Assembly: GCA_963848295.1 (NCBI GenBank)
Contig: CAWKDB010000010.1
Span: forward strand, 4,064,001-4,128,000
From: an uncultured delta proteobacterium
GTDB taxonomy: Bacteria > Myxococcota_A > Polyangia > Haliangiales > Haliangiaceae
DNA: 64,000 nucleotides
Reading direction: 5' to 3'
Shown here: in pieces, positions 57,884 to 64,000 of the stretch
Numbering within the stretch: the first letter of the stretch is position 1
Layout of the letters: every line of letters starts with the position of its first letter
Translations under genes and position numbers: made by a program
Notes under the pieces: model-generated
Seen by the model: the letters and a program-made list of their open reading frames with translations, nothing else
Told to the model about the DNA's origin: nothing
The model's database searches: none

Positions 57884-58676
57884 CAGCGCGAACGCCACGA
57901 GCACGATCGCACCGGTCGCGAGGCTCGCATCGCCGGTGGCGTTACAGCCGCCGCTCTCCACCGGAGGCGGCGCAGCGCCGGCCTCGGCGAGCGGCACCGC
58001 ACCGACCGCGACGTCGTCGCCCAGCGTGTCGTTCGGGAAGTTCGGGAGTCCCGTCGCCGCCGTTGCCGTCGACCGCGGCGATGTACGCGGTGATCGTGCC
58101 GGCGCCGGCCGCCGGAGCGGTCCAGCACACATCCCATTGGACCATCGCGTGGTGGGCGCCGTTATGGACCGCGGCGGTGCCGTCGTTGAGGATATAGGCG
58201 TCGACGTCCGGCGGGATCGTCTCACCGCTGGCCGCGCACGCGCCGGAGACGACCGGAACGAATTTTCCGGTCGGGTTGCCGCTATCGTCGTCGAGCTCGA
58301 GCGCGAAGCCGTTGTCGTCACACGGCTTGTACGGCGTGAGCTGCGAACCACAGACGTCTCCGAGCGAGGCGTACTGCACCGCCTCGTGCTCGTGCGTCAT
58401 CACGACGCGCAGATGGTACTGCTGGTTCGCGGCCCAGCCGGTCGTGAACAGCTCGGGATGATCGGCCTCGATGCCGAGCCCGATCGTGCCCGGCGGATCG
58501 GTGTGACACACCGCGCACGTGTGGCCGGTCCAGCGTGGCGCGCCGTCGAACACGATGCCGCCGGCACCGTCGGTCAGCACCGGATCGCCGTCGAACTGCT
58601 CGCCGGTCGGGAACGCGTGCGCGGCGGTCGCCGCGAGCCCCACCGAGATCGCTATGCCGGCGCTAAGCGAGCGCAT
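57662..58676 (-). CDS. CxxCH/Reeler-like secreted protein + MYXO-CTERM + in-frame DUF4266 lipoprotein (one +1 frameshift near 58045)
   Basis: AHA-FPTG signal, CAVCH, WTAP. After the shift: GGCNATG..IVLVAFALMRPRRR, then SLAGC..EAREGSSGGYGSSGGGCGCN. Confidence 0.7.
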
Positions 58677-59122
58677 CACTTGCACACCCCGGTGCCGGCG
58701 AGCCAGTCGTGGATCGCGACATATTGCGGGTCGCTCGTCCCGCTCCAGATCGCCCCGCCTTTGTGCTCGTAGCCCCCGAGCGCCGCCGGCAGCGGCTTGC
58801 GCAGCAGCCAGTCGTCATCGACCGAGACGTCGAACACGAACCCCGCCGCCGACGTGAAGTTCCCGTGCTGCTCGTCGTCGGTCAGCGGGGCGATCGCATC
58901 GTCGATGTTCGCCGGCGGGGTCGCGCGCAGCTTGCCGAGCGAGTACACCCGGAACGGGCTGCCGGCGTTGCCATGGCACGCGTTGTAGCTGCACTGCCGG
59001 ATCAGCACCGGCTGGACGTTGCATTGAAACACCGCTTCGTCGAGAGCGGTGGTAGGGTCCGGGGCGGGACTATTGGTCACGGCGTTACAAGCCGCGAGCG
59101 CGAGGACGCACGCGTACCGCAC
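58676..59122 (-). CDS. Lipoprotein with CX4CH motif
   Basis: GTG 59122 with GAGG; LALAAC; VQPVLIRQCSYNACHG; LLRKPL..HKGG. Confidence 0.75.
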   Translation of the reverse strand: MRYACVLALAACNAVTNSPAPDPTTALDEAVFQCNVQPVLIRQCSYNACHGNAGSPFRVYSLGKLRATPPANIDDAIAPLTDDEQHGNFTSAAGFVFDVSVDDDWLLRKPLPAALGGYEHKGGAIWSGTSDPQYVAIHDWLAGTGVCK

Positions 59123-59306
59123 GGCGTTGCCCTCGACGCCAGGACGAAACATCGCGCGCAATCTAGCGGAGACGGCGACCAGTTTCACGCACAATTCGAC
59201 AAAGACGAAAGATGCACAACACGCGCGGCGAACCGCCTCAGGGCAGTTATCTGCTGTCAGTGGCCGGCGCCAGACAGCGGCGAGGCCGAGTGGTCTGCTA
59301 CGCGCG

Positions 59307-59855
59307 ATGAGAAGAGCGGACGGGCTCTACGACATCTCGCGGCGCAAGTTCTGTGCGGTCGCGGGGCTGACGCTGGTCGTCGGCTGTATCGACAATGATG
59401 GCAGCGTCGTCCAGACCGGCCAGCTCGGCGACAACCTCAACCCCGACGCCGGCAATGGGCATCACGACGCGAACGGCGCGGTGGACGCGCAAGGTGGCCA
59501 GGATTCGTCCACCGGCATGGCGTGCACGGGCAACCCGATCGACGTCGGCGCCGCGAGCACGTTCGTCGCCAACACGCCGGTCTATCACTCGTCCGGCAAG
59601 TTCTTCGTCGTGCGCGATAGCGGCGGGCTCTATGCGCTGACCGCCGCGTGCACGCACGAAGGCGCGACCTGCGTCGTCCAAGGCAGCGATTTCTACTGTC
59701 CGCGCCACGGCGCGGAGTTCACGTTCAACGGTGTCGTCACCCGAGGCCCGGCGTTCCTTCCGCTCACGCACTACGCGATGTGCGACATGAGCAACGGCCA
59801 CGTCGGCGTCAACACATCGCAGACCGTCGCCGCGTCGGTGAGGTTGAATTCCTGA
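59307..59855 (+). CDS. Rieske [2Fe-2S] protein, Tat lipoprotein
   Basis: SRRKF..LVVGC; CTHEG; CPRHGAEF. Confidence 0.9.
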   Translation: MRRADGLYDISRRKFCAVAGLTLVVGCIDNDGSVVQTGQLGDNLNPDAGNGHHDANGAVDAQGGQDSSTGMACTGNPIDVGAASTFVANTPVYHSSGKFFVVRDSGGLYALTAACTHEGATCVVQGSDFYCPRHGAEFTFNGVVTRGPAFLPLTHYAMCDMSNGHVGVNTSQTVAASVRLNS

Positions 59856-61153
59856 TGCCGTTCCTCGCCGGAGTAGTCGTCGTGTTTGTCGGCGTCGCCG
59901 GCGGTGATCGTCGCGTCGATCATCAGGTCCAGACACTGCTCGAGCACCAGCACGTCAAGGCCGAGGCGATCGCACCCGCGCTCGTCCACACCCTCGCTCA
60001 TCACGGCGAAGGCAGTCGCGAGATCGTGCAGAAGCTCCACACCGCCGGCGTCGTCAGCGGCGAGATCGTCGAGAGCCACGGGCAATTCACGCTGCGCATC
60101 GCGATCTACAACGGCGACGGAGGCATGCGATCGTACTCCGAATCGCCGGTCGCCGGACGGGTGCTGACCAAGGGCGAGCTCGATGTGCTCGGCTCGAACC
60201 TCGAGGACGACGTGACCGCGATGGTCGCGAAGGCGGCGCACGAGACCGCACCGGCGCCCGCGGCGTCGCCGGACGAGATCGAGATGGATGAGCCAGCGGT
60301 CGCGGCGCAGGCCCGTCCAGCTCCGTCAGCGGAGCTCGGCACGACGCCCCCGGTCGCTGCCCCGGTCGAGACTCACGCCGCAGCGCCGGTCGAAGTCGCC
60401 GACGCGAACGCCGACACTTCGGATTCGGTCAGCGCCGACGAGATCGAATCGCTCACCGGTGGAGGTGGCGGCGACGCGACGCCTGCGCGGCCTCCCGAAC
60501 AAGCGCTGCACCTGCACGGCGCCGTCGGCTTGGGCTTCGCATCCCGCAGCTTCAGCGGACCCGCCACGATGCCGGGCTACGGATCGAGCGCGGTCGGTGC
60601 GATCCACTTCGAAGGTGCGGTGTCGCCGATCGCACACGCCACGCTCGCCGCTCAGGCCGAAACGACGCTCGACATGACGACGCCGGTCGCGAATGGCGTC
60701 GCGTCGACCTCGATGACGCGCTGGGAGCTGACCGCGAGCTACGCGCTGCTTCACGGCCGAATCGAGCTCTCGCCCGAGCTCGGCATCGGCCATCGCGCGT
60801 TCTCGATCGAGTCGACCGATCCGATGCGCTCACCCGACAATTCGTACGACTACGCGATCGTCGGCGTGACCGGCGGGATGGCACTCGGCCACAACCTCGC
60901 GCTACGCGGCCTCGTCGCATTCGATCCCGTCGTGTCGGGCACGGAGCCGACCGACATGGCGTTCGGCGATGCGACGCGCTGGGCCATCGATGTCGGCGGC
61001 GCGGTCGAGTTCCGCCCGTATGCGCACGTGTTCGCGCGGGCCGCGCTCGACTATCAACGTTTCTCCTGGTCGTGGAACGCGGGGTCTCGCGGCGCGGCCG
61101 GCGCGGTCGACGAGTATCCGTCGGGCACACTCGCGGTCGGCGCCGAATACTGA
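59855..61153 (+). CDS. Probable outer-membrane protein: N-terminal domain, Pro/Ala/acidic linker, C-terminal beta-barrel
   Basis: ATG 59855 overlaps the upstream TGA; amphipathic strands ending AVGAEY. Confidence 0.7.
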   Translation: MPFLAGVVVVFVGVAGGDRRVDHQVQTLLEHQHVKAEAIAPALVHTLAHHGEGSREIVQKLHTAGVVSGEIVESHGQFTLRIAIYNGDGGMRSYSESPVAGRVLTKGELDVLGSNLEDDVTAMVAKAAHETAPAPAASPDEIEMDEPAVAAQARPAPSAELGTTPPVAAPVETHAAAPVEVADANADTSDSVSADEIESLTGGGGGDATPARPPEQALHLHGAVGLGFASRSFSGPATMPGYGSSAVGAIHFEGAVSPIAHATLAAQAETTLDMTTPVANGVASTSMTRWELTASYALLHGRIELSPELGIGHRAFSIESTDPMRSPDNSYDYAIVGVTGGMALGHNLALRGLVAFDPVVSGTEPTDMAFGDATRWAIDVGGAVEFRPYAHVFARAALDYQRFSWSWNAGSRGAAGAVDEYPSGTLAVGAEY

Positions 61154-61162
61154 GGAGGCCAG

Positions 61163-61663
61163 ATGAAGTCCGTCGCAGTTGTTGTCGCGATGCTCGCCGT
61201 GATGGTGCTCGGTGAAGTCGCGCGTGCCGAGGTCAAGCAGGGCGATCACTTCACCGAGCTCGACGCGGTCACCGCGAAGGGCAAGAAGTTCCGGCTCAAG
61301 GCGATGGCCGGCAAGTGGGTGCTGTACACGTTCGGCGCGAGCTGGTGCCAGCCCTGCCACAAGGAGCTGCCCGCGTACGACCGGATCGCGCCCAAGCTGA
61401 CCGGCAAGGTGCTGTTCGTCGCGATCAACATCGACGAGAAGGTCAAGGATGGCCAAGACTTCCTCGACTCGCTCAAGCTCCACCACCTGTTCCCGGTGTT
61501 CATGTCGGACGGATCGAGCGCCGCGCTCAAGGCCTACGATCCCGACCACATGCCCTCGACGTTCGTGATCGATCCGACCGGCGTCGTCCGGCTGGTCCAC
61601 TACGGGTTCGAACCCGGTGACGAGGACAAGCTCGTCACGACCCTGATCGATCTGACGAAGTAG
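61163..61663 (+). CDS. TlpA/ResA-family thioredoxin-like disulfide reductase (exported)
   Basis: GAGGAGG RBS; signal peptide; ASWCQPCHKELP; MPSTFVID. Confidence 0.92.
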   Translation: MKSVAVVVAMLAVMVLGEVARAEVKQGDHFTELDAVTAKGKKFRLKAMAGKWVLYTFGASWCQPCHKELPAYDRIAPKLTGKVLFVAINIDEKVKDGQDFLDSLKLHHLFPVFMSDGSSAALKAYDPDHMPSTFVIDPTGVVRLVHYGFEPGDEDKLVTTLIDLTK

Positions 61664-61729
61664 GCCGACGACGTAGGTCTCGTCACTTCGGCGAGCGAAC
61701 CCAACGACGCCTGTTCAGTCTAAGCGCTC

Positions 61730-62194
61730 ATGAAGTCGTTCCCGCCGAGTGCTAGTTGTTCTGGGTGCTCTCGCCGAGACCTTCTCAAAGCCGTCGGGGT
61801 CGCGGCTGCCGGTTCGCTCGTCGGCGGTTGTGGGCAGCCGGGGAGCTCGATTCCGGTCGGCGCGTCGAGCATGTGTGGCAGCGACCTATGTCTCGATCTC
61901 ACTGCCAGCGACAACAGCGAGCTCGGGGCAGCCGGTGGGGCGGTCCTCGTGGATGCACCGAACGACACGCTCGTCGTCGTGCGCATGACCGACACGACCT
62001 ACGTCGCTTTGTCCGCGGTGTGCACGCACGCGGGTTGCGAGGTCGATTTCGACGCGTCGGCCGACCGGCTCACGTGTCCTTGTCACGGGTCGGTCTTCAC
62101 GCTGTCGGGCGCCGTCGTCAACGGCCCTGCGAATCGGCCGCTGAAAACCTACGCGGTCGCGCTGTCCGGGACGACGCTGTCGATCACGCTGTGA
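61730..62194 (+). CDS. Second Rieske [2Fe-2S] Tat lipoprotein
   Basis: SRRDLLK..LVGGC; CTHAGC; CPCHGSVF. Confidence 0.92.
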   Translation: MKSFPPSASCSGCSRRDLLKAVGVAAAGSLVGGCGQPGSSIPVGASSMCGSDLCLDLTASDNSELGAAGGAVLVDAPNDTLVVVRMTDTTYVALSAVCTHAGCEVDFDASADRLTCPCHGSVFTLSGAVVNGPANRPLKTYAVALSGTTLSITL

Positions 62195-62318
62195 AATCGG
62201 CCGCTCGCCGCAGTTGTGGGCGCGAGACGACACTGGGGGACGGAAGCCACAGCGGCGCGCGTGCAACTCCGGCAAACCCGTTCCCGCTGCGGGATCCGCG
62301 CTTGCAGTTCACTGACGT

Positions 62319-62651
62319 ATGGCGGCCTGCTCCGTCTTCTTGGTGCTCGCGTGCTTCGTCGCGCTCGTCGCCGCATCGCGTCGAGTCGAGGCCGCGCCGC
62401 GGCTCGCCCGGGCGATGAGCGTGTCCGATGGCGTGCCGTTCGTGCCGAGCGACGGCGTGCCGGTGCGTCTGGACACCGAGCCCGGGCGCCGGCTCGCGCG
62501 GGGCAGCATCTCGCCGATGCCGTCGAGCTTGTCGCCAGCGCACGCGATCTTCGGCGAGCTCAATGCGCGCCGGATGCTGACCCCGATGCCGGTGATCGAT
62601 GACGCCTGGGAGCTCGGAACGGGGCCGATCGATCTTCGCGGCCGGCGTTAG
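62319..62651 (+). CDS. Hypothetical small secreted protein
   Basis: Hydrophobic N terminus; fills the intergenic gap. Confidence 0.4.
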   Translation: MAACSVFLVLACFVALVAASRRVEAAPRLARAMSVSDGVPFVPSDGVPVRLDTEPGRRLARGSISPMPSSLSPAHAIFGELNARRMLTPMPVIDDAWELGTGPIDLRGRR

Positions 62652-62665
62652 ACGCTCGCGTGTGA

Positions 62666-63508
62666 TCAGCGCAGGTTGCGCAGCCGAAAACATTCCGGCT
62701 CGGAAGGCGTGATCGGCTCACCGGTCACGGCGTCGAGCGCGAACGGCAGGTTCGGGGCCCCGGCGCTGCCGGTGAACGTGATCTCGACCGAACCGCCTGC
62801 GGGCCAGGTCGCATCGTGGTTGGGCGGCGGGACACGCAGGCTATCGATGCAGCGGACGATCCGCACCTTGTCGCGGTCGAGGTAGATCATCGTCTGGACC
62901 GGGACGTCCTTCGCGGTGAGCACGACGTCGCGATGCACGACTCCGTTCACGGTCGTCCGGCAGCCGGCCGCTCCGCCGGGCCCCATCGCGCAGTCGCGCT
63001 CCGGCCCGTAGCCGACCTGGATCGCCTCGTCGTAGTGATGGCCGACCACGCGTCGCTGCACATCCTCGGCCGTCAGCTTCGGGGTCCCCGGGATGAAGAA
63101 CATCTCGGTCAGCGTCAGCGCGTCCTTGGTGCGCCTGAACATCAACTGACCGCGGCCCAGGCCATCGGCGCCGTCGTCGAGCTCGAAGATGTCCTTCGCC
63201 GTCGGGATCGGCCCGAGCCGATCGGCTGCCGCCGGATCGATCCCGAACAGATCGGCGTTGCGGCGGACGAAGGCGCGCAGCGCGGGCAGGTCCGCGGCGA
63301 TCAGCGCCGGGTCCTTGGTCGTCGCGCTCGCGAAGTAGCCATGCTCGTCGTAGTAGACGATCGTCCACGCCGGGTTGCGCGCGGTGAACGCGGCTTGCAG
63401 GTGCGCGCGCTCGACCGGCGTATGCTTGACGAGCACCAGCGGGTACGCCGGCGCGGCCATTGCGGCGATCGGGATCGCGACGAGCAGCGCGACGAGGGAA
63501 CGAGTCAT
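62666..63508 (-). CDS. Secreted hypothetical protein
   Basis: MTRSLVALLVAIPIAAMA signal; FVRRNADLFGI resembles peptidase propeptide N-termini. Confidence 0.7.
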   Translation of the reverse strand: MTRSLVALLVAIPIAAMAAPAYPLVLVKHTPVERAHLQAAFTARNPAWTIVYYDEHGYFASATTKDPALIAADLPALRAFVRRNADLFGIDPAAADRLGPIPTAKDIFELDDGADGLGRGQLMFRRTKDALTLTEMFFIPGTPKLTAEDVQRRVVGHHYDEAIQVGYGPERDCAMGPGGAAGCRTTVNGVVHRDVVLTAKDVPVQTMIYLDRDKVRIVRCIDSLRVPPPNHDATWPAGGSVEITFTGSAGAPNLPFALDAVTGEPITPSEPECFRLRNLR

Positions 63509-63623
63509 GCGCGAGACAACATAGCCGAATCCGCGGCGACTTCGCGTTACAACGCGGTGTCGTCGGCCACGTGCGTCTGCGCTTCGCCGCAACAGCTCGC
63601 GGCCGCGGGGTATGCTCCGAGTG

Positions 63624-64000
63624 ATGATCACGCTCTATCACCATCCGTTCACGCGGGCAGCGGGCATGCTGTGGCCGCTCGAAGAGATCGGCGTTCCCTA
63701 TGAGCTGAAGTTCGTCGACATCATGAAGGGCGAGCAAAAGTCGCCGGCGATGCTCGCGCTCAACAAGATGGGCAAGATCCCGGTGCTCGTCGACGGTGAT
63801 GCGGTGGTGACCGAGGGCAGCGCGATCGCGCTCTACCTCGCCGATCGCTACGCGTCCGGCCGCCTCGCTCCCCCGCTCGACGACCCGCGCCGCGGCACCT
63901 ACCTGCGCTGGTCGTTGTTCGCGCCGTCGGTCATTGAACCGGGTGCGATGGCGAAGCTCGGCGGCTGGGAGTTCAAGCCGTCGCAGGCCGGTTGGGGCGA
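63624..64000 (+). CDS. Glutathione S-transferase family protein (runs off the window)
   Basis: Manual translation MITLYHHPFTRAAGMLWPLEEIGVPYEL..LNKMGKIPVLVDG..TEGSAIALYLADRY. Confidence 0.92.
   Translation, partial: MITLYHHPFTRAAGMLWPLEEIGVPYELKFVDIMKGEQKSPAMLALNKMGKIPVLVDGDAVVTEGSAIALYLADRYASGRLAPPLDDPRRGTYLRWSLFAPSVIEPGAMAKLGGWEFKPSQAGWG

Noticed and set aside
58030..58055. Programmed frameshift at the tcccgaact/tcccgaac direct repeat
   Set aside because: Same single-base-duplication signature as the three kinase frameshifts and no canonical slippery heptamer, so sequencing error is more parsimonious

Overview
GC-rich (roughly 70% by eye), gene-dense bacterial DNA. It is most likely from a myxobacterium (Myxococcota), judged from DUF4215 Cys-rich repeats, a MYXO-CTERM motif, many Hanks-type kinases and many lipoproteins. 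About 47 genes or gene pieces are present. I found no rRNA, tRNA, CRISPR array or mobile element. Recognisable genes: a fibro-slime/DUF4215 lipoprotein, a highly divergent family-A DNA polymerase, three Ser/Thr kinases (one frameshifted), a DTW protein, RecQ, a GH31 hydrolase, a 2,889-aa cyclic beta-1,2-glucan synthase, a DUF3494 ice-binding lipoprotein, an NtrC-type regulator and a GST. There are also two envelope redox clusters: DUF1588-like/DUF1501-like/cytochrome-porin at 9-15 kb, and DUF3570/DUF4266/TlpA/two Rieske proteins at 56.5-62.2 kb. The most unusual item is the PolA paralog. Both of its nuclease domains look dead. Its polymerase site keeps the metal and triphosphate ligands but has replaced the steric gate, Y766 and the template/primer-reading residues, which suggests a repurposed nucleotidyltransferase. 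Other candidates for novelty are a MYXO-CTERM protein fused in frame to a second lipoprotein (DUF4266), and widespread leaderless-type promoters. All family calls come from motif recognition by eye; no database searches were run.
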